A stretch of 63,204 nt of DNA, filler included, from Reticulomyxa filosa (GCA_000512085.1; 15 parts of 15 records of this genome joined end to end with filler, not necessarily neighbours in it); one strand, 5' to 3'; positions 1 through 13,856 are shown, counted from the first letter of the whole stretch. Translations and numbers: made by a program. The notes: generated by a model from the letters alone, not told the origin.

Positions 1-1
1 T

Positions 2-1318
2 CTCAGTACAATCTGCTCTGATGCCAGTCCTGGACAACGATCTCCAAACTCACAAACCCCGCTCGCGAATGATGCCTCTCCTCGACACGCTCGCAAAAGC
101 CAAGACGATGATAAGGATATCGCTCAGTCTATTACTTCGCCAGCCACACCTTTGGCTACTAATGTAATGTTTTTTGTTTTTTTTCGTGGGAATGAACCCC
201 CCCCCCCCCCCTCCTCCGAGGGGGTTATATGTATTAAGTCACTTTGCAAATAGTTTATTACACTATTTTCGACATCGTGCTGTTTAAAATACATTTTTTT
301 TTTTTTTTTGTAGAGAGCAAAAAAAAAAAAAAAAAAGTGCACGTTTGTTTGTTTGTTTGTCGTTGTTTGATTCGACAGGAGCTCAATGATCAATTTGCAT
401 TGGGGCCGGATGAAATCAGCAGTATATTACAAAATGTGGATGAGACTGATGCGAAACAAGAAAGGTGAGCTGTTTTGTTTGTCTTCTTTGCGTTGCTCGT
501 GTGCATGTATAAATGCATATGTAAATATATGTATGTATGGTGTGCAATGTGTCCAGAGCCAGTGTCGCATCCCCAAAGTCGAGAGTGCCACCACCTCGGC
601 CCAATGGCCATGTTAGCAATAATTTCAGCATGACTGATATTTCAAAGCTGCATAAAGCAGCCCCTCCTCCACCACCACGATCGGCGGGACAAAGTCCGTT
701 GGGTCTCGAAGAAAAAAAAGACCGAAGCTATACCGTTCAAATAATGCCGAGTGTGACCAAAGAAGTAGATGGCAATGGAACCCCTGGCAACAATTGTTAT
801 ATTCATATCTTTTCAATATACATATGTACATATATGTATATGCATATATGCATATATATATATTTGTTTCGGAATAAATATATATAGCGTTAAACTCGGA
901 ATCAGAAGAAGAAAGTGCTTTGGGCAAAGACGGTCGATCTAGCTCGGTCGCATCCCAATCGGCATCTAGTTTACAAAGCATGGCAAAACAAGCCGAAGCG
1001 TTAAAAAAAAAATTAGATGTTGCAGATGAAAACAGCATCAATGGACCCAATATTAAAGTGTGGTGGGAAGAGAAAAGACAGAACGCAAATACTGGTGATT
1101 CGAGTACCTATTTCTATTGCAAAACACATCCCTTGGGAATCAATTCTAGACAGCTGAATAACTTTCGATATATGCATAGCCTGCTTGATCCCAGAAATGG
1201 CATACACCATTCTGAAAAGTCGATTGCTGAGGTTGTCAGTTCTGTCAATCCTAATGCCATATCTACTAACACTTTAGTTCGAAAAATTGTCAATATTCAA
1301 ACCTTGGAAGGAAATTAA
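2..1318 (+). CDS. 3' part of a spliced gene, Ser/Pro-rich protein of unknown function (5' end outside window)
   Basis: Frame-consistent exons 2-163, 379-464, 557-~795, 888-1318 joined by GT-AG introns; stop at 1316-1318; no recognised domain. Confidence 0.65.
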
Positions 1319-1725
1319 ATGTTTTTGTTTAATAATGGTTAAACTATTAATAAATCATCCAAACATATATGAAACAATATTGATATTACTACTCCTTCCT
1401 TCTCTCCAAGACATTTGAAAGAAGTTCACATGTTAATATTCTTCTTTTTCAGTTCGATTATTATTTGCCTTAACATTTAGCAGGCTTATTGGATTGAGTA
1501 AGCCATTTCATTTCAATCTGTTGAAATAAGTAAACTCAGAATTGTTTTTATTCTCTTAACACCTGGAAGCTAATAAAAGCAATAACGGAACATATCACTG
1601 TAAATGCTTTTTTTTCTCCCTACAAGTTATTATTTCTCTTCAACTTTTCAAAAAGAATTTTTTAAACTAAAAAATACAAAGTTCGAAAGAAACCAAAACT
1701 TTTTTTGGAAAGATATAGGAACAAC

Positions 1726-3945
1726 ATGGAAACATCTATTTTTCAAGTTTTGCAATCCTCACCAATTCCACTTCAAGGAACCCAATGTGTGACATTTGGA
1801 GATGAAATTCTAATTTGTGGCAGCCTTAAGAACAATAGCTGTTATTCTTATCACACGATTAAAAATGAGTATAAATACATCTGTTCTTATCCAGAAAATA
1901 TGAAATTGAATGGACATTGTGTGATGAAACTTGTGAACAAAAACGACAATGAAATCAATTTACTGTCTTTTGGCGGGCAGGGTGTATTTGAGCAAAAAGT
2001 CACATTGACAATGAAATACGTAAGTGTTTGGAGTAATGATAAAAAAAAGAAAAAAGGGCTGGAATAAATGGGTCCCTTTCATTGATAAACATAACAAAGC
2101 ATTCACAATTGGAAAGATGAACGATGATTTCCATGGAATTCGTGCGGTAATTGCTGGTAGTGACAATCACCTGTTATTTTTTAGTTATTATCCAAGCACT
2201 ATTTGTGTATTTAATTTAAAGACATGTGAGATTGTTAAAAGTGAGACCATGCCAGTTAATATTGTGACGAGATCTCATTGTTTTGTATCAAAGAATAACA
2301 GCGCAAATGAGATTTTATTATTTTGCAGAGATGTGGGATTGTCGATCAAATACAATGAAAAAAGTAATACTTTTGAATATCATAGATTGCAAGTTGCAAC
2401 AGCTATCAGACCGTTGTTTATGTATGCCTATGTTTATGTCAATGATTCGATTTTGTTTTTTGGTGGCGAAAGTGGTTATAAGATGAACATTTCAAATAAA
2501 GTTTTTAAGTATTCTATCACCGAAAACAAATGGATGGAATATGAGCGTACTCTACCAGCTCCATTGACTGATTGTATTGCTGTACTAAATCAAGATAACA
2601 CTTTTGTACATATCCTTGGGACGTTGAATGAAACATCGGCTCTTATCAACGTAAAGGTATGTGAATTCATGGACAAAGAGAGGCAATGGAAGTTTGAGGA
2701 TGAAGGAATAATCGATATTGAAAACATCAATATCGAGTTGAGTGAAATGAGTCAAAATGTAGATATCAGAAAATTGAAAGTCTTTGATTTTTTTTTTTTT
2801 TTTTTCTAATTACACAATATTCTTGAATAGAAGTGATTATAGCAATAACTGGAAAAAAAAAAAGAAAACAAAGCAAATTAAAACAATAATTAAACATTGG
2901 ATCAACTCGTTGTTAATAAAAAACAGTAGATGGATTTATGAATTTGACGAGCTCATTTTGCGTTATATTCTGGTGTGTTCTTATTTATTTGAATCATTAT
3001 TTCCTGACTTTTGATGTGTGCATAATTTCTAACAAAATTATAAAAAATAGTTGACCTATTTTAAACTGTCAAAAGTACTCCTAAAAAATTCTGACGCTTC
3101 TGTGAACAGTGCAAAATTTTCACCTGATGGCACTACAATTGTTTCAGCTTCAAATGATAAAACAGTCACAATATGGGATGTTACAACAGGAAAACAGGTC
3201 ACAGAATTGAAAGGACATTCAAGCTTTGTTAACGATGCGCAATTTTCACCAGATGGGACTATGATTGTATCATGTTCGAATGACAAAACAATTCGATTGT
3301 GGGATGTCGAATCTGGCAAAGAAATTAAAAAAATTTGAAGGACATTCAGGTGATATAACAAAAGTAATATTTTCACCAGATGGAAAGAGCATTGCATCTT
3401 GTTCATGGGATAGAACAGTAATACTGTGGGATGTACAATCTGGAAAAGCAGCTCGAAAATTCCCACCCTATTTAGACCGAGTAAATGAAGTACTCTTTTC
3501 ACCTGATGGTCAGCAAATCTTATCATCTGCAGATAAAACCATTGAATTTTGGGATGTAAATTCAGGAAAAAAAGTAAAAGAATTGAAAGGGCATTCAGAT
3601 TGTGTTATGAAAGTATTATTTTCCTCTGATGGCTGTTTTCTTGTTTCCTGTGCATCAGATAAAACTATTCGAACTTGGAATTTAACGTCAAAAACACAAA
3701 TAAGAAAGTTTACTGGACATACCAGTGAAGTTTATGATGTGAAATATCTTCCAGATGAACAAACTATCGTTTCATGTGCAAATGATTTTACAATCCGATT
3801 GTGGGATGTTAAACTAGGATTAGAAATACAAAAACTGGAAGGGCATTCCGATTCTGTGTCAAGTCTAGATATTTCATCAACTGGTAATACCATTGTGTCA
3901 GCTTCTCAAGATGGAACAATTCGACTTTGGACGCGTTGCAAATAA
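1726..3945 (+). CDS. Kelch-like propeller + helical module + WD40 propeller protein; two +1 frameshifts in A runs (sequencing error or pseudogene)
   Basis: Kelch-like segments (EILICGS..CYSYHT, LLSFGG, ILFFGG..VFKYS...W); exons 1726-2779, 2865-2972, 3051-3945, all phase 0; about 7 GH..WD repeats (FSPDG..IVS.S.D.T..WD); one extra A at ~2041-2055 and at ~3327-3333. Confidence 0.8.
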
Positions 3946-4386
3946 GCTTTTACAAAAATCATTTTTTTCAAGTATAAAGTCGTGTCAGTCTTTTGTTTTA
4001 TTTAATTATAAAAGTTAAACTTTGCAAGCCACAAAATGCCTTACAAAAACTTTCTACTCACGCAATGGAAAAATTCTATAATTTGTAGGAATACTTTTAG
4101 GCGTTTTTGTTGTCGATCGCAAAAGGAGCCGTTTCATTATTTTTTGTTTTGAAAATTGGAACTGCAGTTTACATGTTTTTTCATGCAATGTTTACTGTTA
4201 AAAGCTGCTGAATGTACCAACCAAAGATGAAATTGAGGATTTATGACATACCAATCCATAATACGAAATAGGTAAAGAAAAAAAATAATTTGAAAACTGA
4301 TTTTGCCAAAAGTGAAAACCACAAAACACACTAACTCAAACGTTCTACCATTAGGCATGAACTATACATTTCTCAGGATTCTATAG

Positions 4387-5732
4387 TTATTGCTGATCTT
4401 CCTTTTGTTCATCTTTGGACGCATTGGTTTGCAATTTTTTCAAGTTTTTATCTCCATTGTTCATAAAGCCACCCAATAATTCCATAGGCAGAGGGAATAC
4501 AATTGTGGAGTTGTTTTCAGCAGCGATTTGGGTAAGTGTGTGCAAATATCTCAATTGCAAAGCTCCAGGGGCTTGTGCAATAGTATCTGCAGCGCGGGCC
4601 AATTCATGTGCTGATTCACTTTCACCTCGGGCACTAATAATTTTTGCTCTTCGTTCTCTCTCTGCCTCAGCTTCTCTGTTAATCGTATATTATAAGAAGC
4701 GTCAGAATGTCATATTTTACAATTAACATTCAATCCCCCCCAAAAAAAAGTGCGCAAGGGAAACTCGACAACAAACACTACAAAAAAAAACTCAACGCAG
4801 CCATAGCCCTTTGTAATGATTGTGGCAATTTGACATCCTTAATTTCGACAGCCGGTACAGCAACACCCCAGTTGCTTGTTTCCTGCTCGATGATCACTCG
4901 AATGCGTTCATTGATCTCGTTCATGCCACTCAACAATTGTTGCAGATCATATGTTCCAACCACCGATCTTAGCAAGAACAAATAAAAAGGTTGGCGAAAA
5001 AATAGGTTCAAAATATTAGATACACATTACAATAATAACGAACGCATACACAAAAAAAAAAAAAAACCTCAAAGTCGTTGCAGCAAAGTTATTGAATGCA
5101 ACTTTGTAATTGTCTACTTCCAATACTACAAGCACTGGATCAACGACTTTCATGAAACATACCGCGTCGACATGAACCGTCACTGAGTCTTTTGTCATCA
5201 TTTCTGTTTATTAAAAAAAAAAATTACATAATCTTTTAATAAAAAATCAAACTATATTCGGGTTTGGAAAATCATGGACAAAAAAAAAGGGGACGTACCT
5301 TGTGGTGGCAAGTTGAACGTCTCAATACGCAAGTCCATCACCCGGATATCATCCAAACATGGGTTAATCAAAAACACTCCGGGACCTTTTGCTCCTCCAG
5401 TTATTTTTCCCAGTCGAAATATCACTGCACGTTCAAATGTACGAACGGTGCGAATGATGAAAAACCAAAAAATTGGAATCAACAACACCAGTAACCAACT
5501 GAAAAACATCAACACATACTCGCAACATGACCAATTCGGGGGTTGTTTGGAATCTACAGATCTCTGAGAAGAACTATCATGAAGTCGGCGAATTTCGCCT
5601 GTCATTCCACCCGTTTTGTGTGATTGTGTACCTTTATGATATAGACACATTTTTGCTAATAGCAAAGAAAAACAAACCGTTTTGGGGCTCTGCGTTGCTT
5701 GAAATTGCTATCTGATTATCAGTTTCTGCCAT
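4387..5732 (-). CDS. Stomatin-like SPFH/band-7 membrane protein
   Basis: Five exons (5732-5678, 5631-5299, 5203-5068, 4967-4797, 4675-4387) give [81 protein letters not shown]. Confidence 0.95.
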
Positions 5733-6190
5733 TATGACAAAGGAAAAAGGTGAGTTTGCTGAAAGCAAAAAGTTCTGACTTGAACACTGTTTTTCAAACG
5801 AGTTTATACAGAAACTCTTTTTGTATAAGCTTTTGACAAAATTGAGCGATATTCTTTTGCTCTGGCTGTTTTGAAATGGTGCATTTTCCTAAAACTGTTG
5901 ATTATAGTTTATTAACACAAATATCTTAAGAATCAAAAGAAGAAAAAAAGTACAATCAAATACGGGAAAAAATAGGTTTACTTTAGTTTATTTAATTGTA
6001 TTGAAACTTGTAAATAGAGGAACAGTACTCTACATTTGCAATTACTCACTCTTTTTTTTTTTTTTTGATCTTTCTGAAAATTTACATTTTATGTATCAGT
6101 GACAAAGAACACAATTTTTGGCCTGGGACACTCAATAATCGCAAATGTAGAGACTCCTTCCCCAATAGAGTCTTATTTATCCATAGTTAT

Positions 6191-7651
6191 TTAATTGTAT
6201 TTGAGTAGCAATGGCTGACGAGAATTTGCTTCTTGGATAGTGGCTGTGTCAAAAACGTAATACCTTGCAATTGTGGCATCATCACGCAAATGACGTAGCC
6301 CAGGGACATTTTCCAAATCATCCAAATAGCCGACAAGTATATCCACAACTCCTCTTTCCTTGCACGCACTCAGCAAAACCTGATAACGCAGAGCATGAAA
6401 CTGCCTCTTTTTGGCCATGCACCTCCGAACATTGGCTCGAAACTTATATCGTCGATAGTGACCAGCAGCGCATTGTCGTAAAATCCAACAGTTTGCACGG
6501 ACGCAAGGATACGAACACAACAAAATGACAATAGAGACGATACCAATCAAAATACATAGCCAAAATTGATAGGTTTGAATCACGTCATAGCTAAAATGAA
6601 GAACAAGTTTGGAGGTACCTTCATCATACCAAATGGAGTTGCAATACGTCAATGGCAAATTAACTGATATAAGGTAATATAACGACGGATGGTCATTCAT
6701 AAACAAGGAAGACGACGGCAATGAAAACTTGACTTTTTGTTCATAATAATTGTCCAAATAAAGATCATCAAGCTCTATTCTATAACTGCAATTAAAATTA
6801 ATAATGTTGTTTTCACCGCTTACCAAAGAGTTATAATCATAACTGGGCACTTTTGTAAGAGAGTCCAAATCTGAAATCCGTTCGACCACCAAACAGGTGT
6901 TAAAATCTGTCTCACTGGTATAGCCTAAATCTATCTAAAAATTTGAGTAAAAAGACTCTTTTTTTTTTTTTTTTATTTTTTTTTTTTTTAGGTTATACGT
7001 ATACATACATACACATATATACGTATATAATATTACAGTAAATTCAGCAGAAATGGAGTTAATGATCTGGTCATATCGATATAAGTAATAATAGATTTGT
7101 GATGGCACATTTGACGAATACTCACTGGAGTAACTGCCATAATTATAAGGACACGATTGCACTATGTAACCCTCTTTTTTTTGAGAAAGCTGCTGCATCA
7201 TGGCGTATTGGGAGGTAAAGGAACAACAAGCTGAATACGTGTCTGAGCTACTAAACGTTATGTATATGAGCGTGCCAGCTGTGAAAAAGCTTCCGTCGCT
7301 CCATTGACACAAAAGTATCATTATACCTGTACCATAAACATCGTTCTGAAAACAAACTTCTTTTTGCTGCGCTTTGCTGTTTTGTATTACCACTTGGAGC
7401 TGCATGTCGCTACCTTTGTCTACCCAGATCTGCACTCCATATACCCTCGGATATGCCAAAAATGAATCGTTGTTATAATTTATAGTGTATGTTGTTGACA
7501 GCCCTGGACTTACACAAGTGTCAAAATATCCATATCCTACCATCGACGTGCTCTCAGTTGATCCTGAACGTGATATTGATGATATTAGAAAAATAATACC
7601 TAAAACCGTTCCGGAAACGATGAGTCCCCTAACACAATGCCCCAAGAGCAT
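6191..7651 (-). CDS. Membrane protein of unknown function (two hydrophobic segments around a Tyr/Ser/Cys-rich region)
   Basis: ORFs 6935-7651 and 6191-6892 join in frame across an intron ending TTTTTAG at 6935; TM-like LIVSGTVLGIIFLISSI and FWLCILIGIVSIVILLC. Start codon uncertain. Confidence 0.65.
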
Positions 7652-8117
7652 TATTTTTGGACAGAATAGACAGGGAGATAAATAAATTTACAGCGACTCC
7701 GATAGGATTTTTTCGATTTTGGGTCGTGCGACAAAACTTTATTTTAATTTTCTGTTTTTTCTATGCTCCTTTGATTGATTTTGTTTTGGAAAGGATTAAT
7801 TTCAGCATCTATTCAAGCTTCTACAATTTAAAATATCGTTCTTATTTCATTTTATAATCAAATTGATCATTTAAAATACAGTACCCGTGATTGAAAAAAA
7901 AAAAGCAATTATAGCAAATTTTGATTTTTGTTGTTTTTTTTACACTATGGAACATTTTATATTAATGCACAATTACTTGATCAAAACAAAAATAATAGGT
8001 GATTTGTGCTGGTGACAACCACAAAACTGAGATAAAAAATACACTCCATTTCTTTCTTTTTCCCTGTTCACTGTAATATCAGTCTTTTTGATCAAGAAAC
8101 TTAACAAGCAACAAACA

Positions 8118-8551
8118 ATGGAACAATCTCAACACATTTCATCTCTCGTCGAGAACAAGTTGATAAAATTACAAATGTACTGAGTAAGTGTACTATTAAA
8201 AAAACATTATTAATAGATATTTTGTGTTTAATATAACATAACAAGAATTGAAAGGAATGGCGAATTGGAAATAATAAGAGAGTTGTATACTCACGTGTTG
8301 TGGAATATCTTAAACTATCCTAAAAAGACAAAATATCGTCAAATCAATAAGCAAGCTCTATACGACAATTTACTGCGTAAATGTCTGCAACGAAATGTCG
8401 ATATAGATAGGGTAATGGCAAGTATGGAACACCATTTAGAGCAATGTGGCTTTCGAATAAGAGCAGAGGATAGGAATTGGCACTATCAAAATGATAAGCA
8501 ATTATTATGGCTGTGGAGCCAATATTGCGAATGGATCAATATGCAGCATAT
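8118..8551 (+). CDS. PUB-like domain protein, 5' part (truncated by linker)
   Basis: ATG 8118, one intron, then VLWNILNYPKKTKYRQIN...LEQCGF matching the PUB pattern NI...P...KYR.I...L...GF. Confidence 0.65.
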
Positions 8552-8630
8552 GTATTCATTTTGTAGCTACTCTGTTTTTATTCAAATAACAACAAATAAC
8601 AAAAAATAACAATAAGGGAATATATTATTA

Positions 8631-8730
8631 NNNNNNNNNNNNNNNNNNNNNNNNNNNNNNNNNNNNNNNNNNNNTTAATTAATTAANNNNNNNNNNNNNN
8701 NNNNNNNNNNNNNNNNNNNNNNNNNNNNNN
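8631..8730. other. Artificial 100-bp contig linker N44-TTAATTAATTAA-N44 (first of 14)
   Basis: Identical copies start at 8631, 21787, 25268, 27483, 29194, 34281, 35859, 38484, 41229, 43175, 45531, 47108, 60403, 62102; the core has stops in all six frames. Confidence 0.99.
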
Positions 8731-8905
8731 TTCATCCAACAAAAAAAAAAGTTATTAAAAAACCAATATCATATTTAAAAACTACAAGATTTGTAGATAT
8801 TTTTAAAAAAAAAAATAGGTCTAAATGTTGATTTTTCATGGAGAAAATCAATTATCATCATAGTATATCGTTTTAGGCGTTCAGTTTTCTTTGCAACTTA
8901 CTGTA
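8731..8905. mobile_element. Tc1/mariner-type terminal inverted repeat (solo end at contig start)
   Basis: Ends ...TTTTAGGCGTTCAGTTTTCTTTGCAACTTACTG+TA; shares AAAACTACA.GATT.GTAGATATTTT and TTTTCATGGAGAAA with the TIRs of 10822-11890. Confidence 0.8.
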
Positions 8906-10269
8906 CAATCATCATATTAAGTCATGCGTTAACAGAATATTAAAAAATAGTCATATTGTCTTATTGGGGAAAAAAGATGATAATAACTACATAAGTAAAA
9001 TCAAACAAATAGTTGCCAATGGGACAATGATTTGGGACATGCTGTTTAGTTTGCATATACTATCAATGTCATGTGGCTTGTGCACTTGTAATTTTGAGTG
9101 CTGTCAGCGCGATAAAAATAGAAACAATGAAAACAAATCCACTTTTGAAAATGGAACTGTATTTGATTAACTAGTTTTCTATTGTTAGCGTTCTTTAATT
9201 CATTTCGTTTATTCGAATACATTTTCCTTTGGGCATGATTTTTTTTAAATAAAAATTATCATATTAAAACACAACGGCACACTTTTGTAAAAATAACAAT
9301 AAAAAATCAACAACTTTATAATGTTATTGTTGATAGTATGTAAATATACATGAACTGTTTTGCAATCAGATCTGCTATGATTTTTAAAAATAAAATATAA
9401 ACACAAATATATCATCGATATCAGATTTGTTAACTGAAGTTATTTGTTGGAAGGGACCAGTGTTTATCTGATAAAGATATTTCAATATATGCTTAGATTT
9501 GAAGTTTATTTTGAAAATTTTTTGGAGAAATGACGCATAACAAAAGTCTGTCCGCAAAGATGATTGCATAGTCGAAAGAATGTCTTATCAAAAAAGGAAG
9601 CAATGAGTATCCGATTGACCAGACCACGTTGCAAAATATATCTAGCTCAAATCAATTGCTTGCTCAAGCGAAAGAAAAAATTCAATCACAATTGCCTTCT
9701 GTTAGTAATGAAATAAATTAAACAAGAAACTAATTGGTGCAGATATAGTTAATCAATATGAAAATGCAAGAGCTGTTAAAAACAAAATTAGTGATGTCAA
9801 GTATTGCATTGCCAAGAGAACTTGGAATCTAAAAATGCACGTGCTGCTTCGAATGAGAAGCAGTTCGATTATACAACGATATTGAAAGAGACTAGAATAC
9901 TTTTGCACAACATAACTAATAATTGTATTCACATAAATTGACAGAAATGAGTTATTATATGACATAAGTATTGAAATTATTTAGTGATGATAAAAAGTCG
10001 ATTGCCATAAAATTGAAGTTAAATACATTATCGCAGAAATTGCGGACATTGTGTGTAACTCAATGTCAACAGGTGGACGAAAACCATTTGATTGTATTGA
10101 CTATATATTCAATCAGATTAATACACCACATGAACAAGAAACAATGAAAAAGAAAATGTTCAAAATAAAATAAAAGAAAACAACGAAATGCTTTGTATAC
10201 AATCAGGAGTATGCAAGCGAGCAGAAGGAAAAAAGAATACAGTAAGTAGAATACAATGAACGAATGTAA

Positions 10270-10568
10270 CTGAGAATGTGTCACCGAATGAAAGTGATGA
10301 TGAAATTATGGAAGCAATACAAGAAATAGAATATAACGTTGAGAAAGTGTAGATGTTTAAAGGTCTCAATATAGTGAAATTGTTGTTTGTCACACCGAAT
10401 GATGTGAAAAGAGCAATACAAAAAAAGGGAGTAAGAATTTAGTACTTACAGTTAACTTGCGAGTTATTTGATAGTTAAATGAGCTTACTGCGATCGCATT
10501 TCATTTAATGTAGGAAGTGCTTTGGTTTAAGTCACTTCGCTAAAGATTGCACCAATGAGCAAGTATGT
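10270..10568 (+). mobile_element. Decayed non-LTR retrotransposon ORF1 (gag-like) remnant; may extend back to ~9500
   Basis: ESDDEIMEAIQEIEYNVEKV*MFKGLNIVKLLF..VKRAIQKKGVRI* followed by a CX2CX4HX4C knuckle CRKCFGLSHFAKDC-TNEQVC at 10509-10568; in-frame stops. Confidence 0.65.
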
Positions 10569-10821
10569 ATTTTTAAAAAAATTAAGGCTGGATGTTTGTT
10601 TTTTGTTGAGAAAAGTGACCACCTCGTAAAGTAGTATAATGGTTGTCTTTTTTTTTTGAAATTATGCAATTCTTTTTTCATTTCGTTTAGAAATGGACTC
10701 TTATGTAGTATAATTAAACTAAAGCTAGCGTTTTATTTGATTAACTTTTGTCATAATCTTAAGATTTTCAAAAACTACATGTTGAATGTTGTTATTTTTA
10801 AATTAAAAACTAATTTTAAAA

Positions 10822-11890
10822 TATAGTAGGATAAAAAAGAAAGTTGACACATAAAATGCCACATTATAGAGATTATTGTGTTTCTCCATGAAAAAACATT
10901 TAATTAAAATTTTTTTAAAAAATATCTACGAATCGTGTAGTTTTTAAATATCAATTTGATTTTTTATTAAGTCTTCAAAATTTTTCAAAAATTTTAATCT
11001 TTCATTTACCTTAAAAATATTTTTTGTGGTTGCCTGAGTATGATAAGAGTTGTTTTTTAAAATTTAATTTAAATTTATAACATGTTAAGTCTCATTTGAC
11101 TTTTTTAATTGCATGTATTCTCTTTGGCATCGACTTTATTAAGGTTTCAAAAATGTTTGTTTCTATTTTTTTACATTATGTTTTGAATTAGTTACAAAAT
11201 TATTCAGTGGTATTAAATGGCCCTTTTGTAAATCGTTGTCTTTAATATCCACCAAAGATTTTCAGTTGAATTTGGAGTAAAATTTATTTTTTATTTTTTG
11301 TTTTAACCATTTAATAATTTTTCCGATTTATGTCATGTTGCATTATCTTGATGTAAAATCCAATTATCTTTATTTCATAAGCAGTAATTGACACTATTTA
11401 GCATTTCGTCAGATAAAATTTCTTTATATATAAGTATTTACTACAACTTCCACCTTGCAAGTGTCACCTGTTCATAATGTTCAAAAACATAGACATACTA
11501 AAATGCTTAACTAAATTTTGCTATTCATTGTTATTGAATTTTCATATAATGGTTGTCAATCAATATTTCGGCAACAAAATAATCAAAATGACAAAAATCA
11601 ATATCGAACACATAAAAAAAAAAAAGTAAATATCAAAAATTGTTTAAAAAATATTGTCAAATTTCATGACCACGAGAAAAACACGATTATAAACTTTTTT
11701 AAAGAAATTTTACCAAACCAAATGAAAATTAAAATTTTTGAATACTTAATAAAAAATAAAAATAATATTTAAAAACTACACTATTCTAGATATTTATTAA
11801 AAAATTTTAATTAAAATGTTTTCATGGAGAAACACAATAATCTCTATAAGGTGGCATTTTATGTGTCAACTTTCTTTTTTTCCTAATGTA
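10822..11890 (-). mobile_element. Internally deleted, decayed Tc1-family DNA transposon with ~130-165 bp TIRs and TA flanks
   Basis: 10824-~10990 is the reverse complement of ~11725-11888; minus-strand transposase relics WILHQDNAT*HKS (~11322-11362) and PNS-TENLWWILK (~11240-11277) correspond to the QDNA..H and SPDLNPIENLW motifs. Confidence 0.9.
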
Positions 11891-12435
11891 CTTTTATAGC
11901 TCAATTTCCTTTACAATATTATTCTTGAAGCAAGCTGGATTCAACTAAACAACTAATGTTATTAATATTCTGTACAAGTATAAGGAAGCTACAACACAAC
12001 AATCAATACTAAAATTTAACAAAAACGACAAAAAAAACAATTACAAATTTATTTATCTCTTTATTGGACGTGGCATAGTAACACAAACAAAAATTTCAAT
12101 TTGCGGTTTGTAAAGCATACAACGATAATGATATTATATTACCCTAAAGCCCTTTTTTCCTTTAACAAATCCAAATTTGAAAAAGCTGAAAGTTTTAAAT
12201 TATGTTTTGGTGCTTTGTAATCCTTCACAAAACTGGCCTTTTGTTTGAATTTCTTGCAATAAAATGACAACAACAAAAGAATTCCGGTTTGGTATGATAA
12301 ACTGAATACTCTCAACTCGAATAAGCAAAATCACAAACACAAATATATTAAGGATCAATTCAGTGCGACGTATTAGAAAGAAATATTTGAAAGACAGCAA
12401 GTGTTTTACATAATATTTTAATGCACTATGTTGTA

Positions 12436-13856
12436 TTAGGATTCGTCAAATTCCTCTTCCGTCTTACACTCACTATTATATGCATCCGAATGAAACTCGA
12501 ACAATTCATTGGGGATTATTCCATAACCTTTCAAGAAAAGCTTATCTTGATAAAAATAGGCAGTAGCAAAACAGTCTTTGTCAATGTCACTTTCGACAGC
12601 GCCTTGTAAAGTTCGATATTTTACATCATTGACCACTGTCATCTCCCCAACGTGGTCATGTCCAGCAAACACCACTTTGACAATTGGGTGATATTGATCA
12701 ATAATACTTCGGATTTTGTCAAATTCCCACGACAAAATATCCTCATCACCCTTGGTGCATGACAGTGGCAAATGTGCAAACACAAACACGTTGTCTTTAT
12801 TTTTTTTGCATTTTTCTAATTCGCCAGCAAACCACTGCAATTGTTTTTCCCCAAACCCGCCGTTATACGCAACAAATCTATGCAAACATATTACGTATAC
12901 ATATGTAAACATATTTATTGCTTGCAAAAGGTGGACCATGAATGAAGGGAGGGGACATTATTTTAGAAAAATACCTTCGAACTTCTCCTGTCATTTCAGA
13001 AGCAGAGTTTTTATCTTTATTTTGATTGTGTTTTTCCAGCAGTTCTTTGGCCGTGGTATACAATTTTTTTGACTCTTGAATAAAGTCCTCATGATTGCCA
13101 TCCGCACTGTCATCTTTATTCTCTGCATTACTCTCACTAATCGAATTGTTTTGATTTGTCGTGATATAATCATACCCTTGTATCGATACTACGTAACTGT
13201 CCAAAAATATGAACACAAATCCGGGATAAGGACTCAAAGAGTAATAATACTCCAATGGATTCGATTTTGGAGAGTACATGTACTCCATCAGCTTTCTTCG
13301 ATCAAAGTTATACATTTCATGGTTTCCAATCAAATTATGAAAATAAGGATAGCTGGGCTTTGTCCATTGTTGTGACGATCTGCTCTTTTCTTCCGATTTT
13401 GTGTTTTCTGGTCCACTCTCAAGAGGAACATTTGCTCCTGTTATTTTGCAGTACTTTGAATCTTTGTTTGGAATAAACTCGCTAAATGCTCTTAGCATAT
13501 TCTCCATTGCCTAATTTTCAATCATTTTTGTGACCGAATGGGTGCACATTTTTTTAATGTTATTTTTCAAAAAAAAAACAAAAAAACTTGACTTTGGTTG
13601 ACTCATTTATACTTTTGTTTAGTCCATCGATAATGTCCCCCAGACAAATCACCATTGTCGGTCTTGGCACATCTGCTTGTTCTGTATTCCATACTTTTAC
13701 TGCGTTTTTTGTTATCTCCAATCCTCGACGGTAACGCCGGAGAGCTGTTTGTGTATAATTCCATCGGTCGTCGATATCTGCGTGCTGTGGATCTGCTATA
13801 AGCCCAACCGCAAATAGTGCGTCTTTTGGATCTGGAAATTTAGATTTAGATATCAT
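12436..13856 (-). CDS. ADPRM: Mn2+-dependent ADP-ribose/CDP-alcohol diphosphatase (ADPRM family metallophosphoesterase)
   Basis: Three exons; GLIADPQHAD, RRYR, LGDIIDG, IGNHEMYNF, FVAYNGG.GEKQLQW, FAHLP, AGHDH.G, TLQGAVE. Confidence 0.92.

Noticed and set aside
786-797. Possible GC-AG intron donor at 787
   Set aside because: A GT donor at 796 has the same phase; cannot be decided without transcripts.
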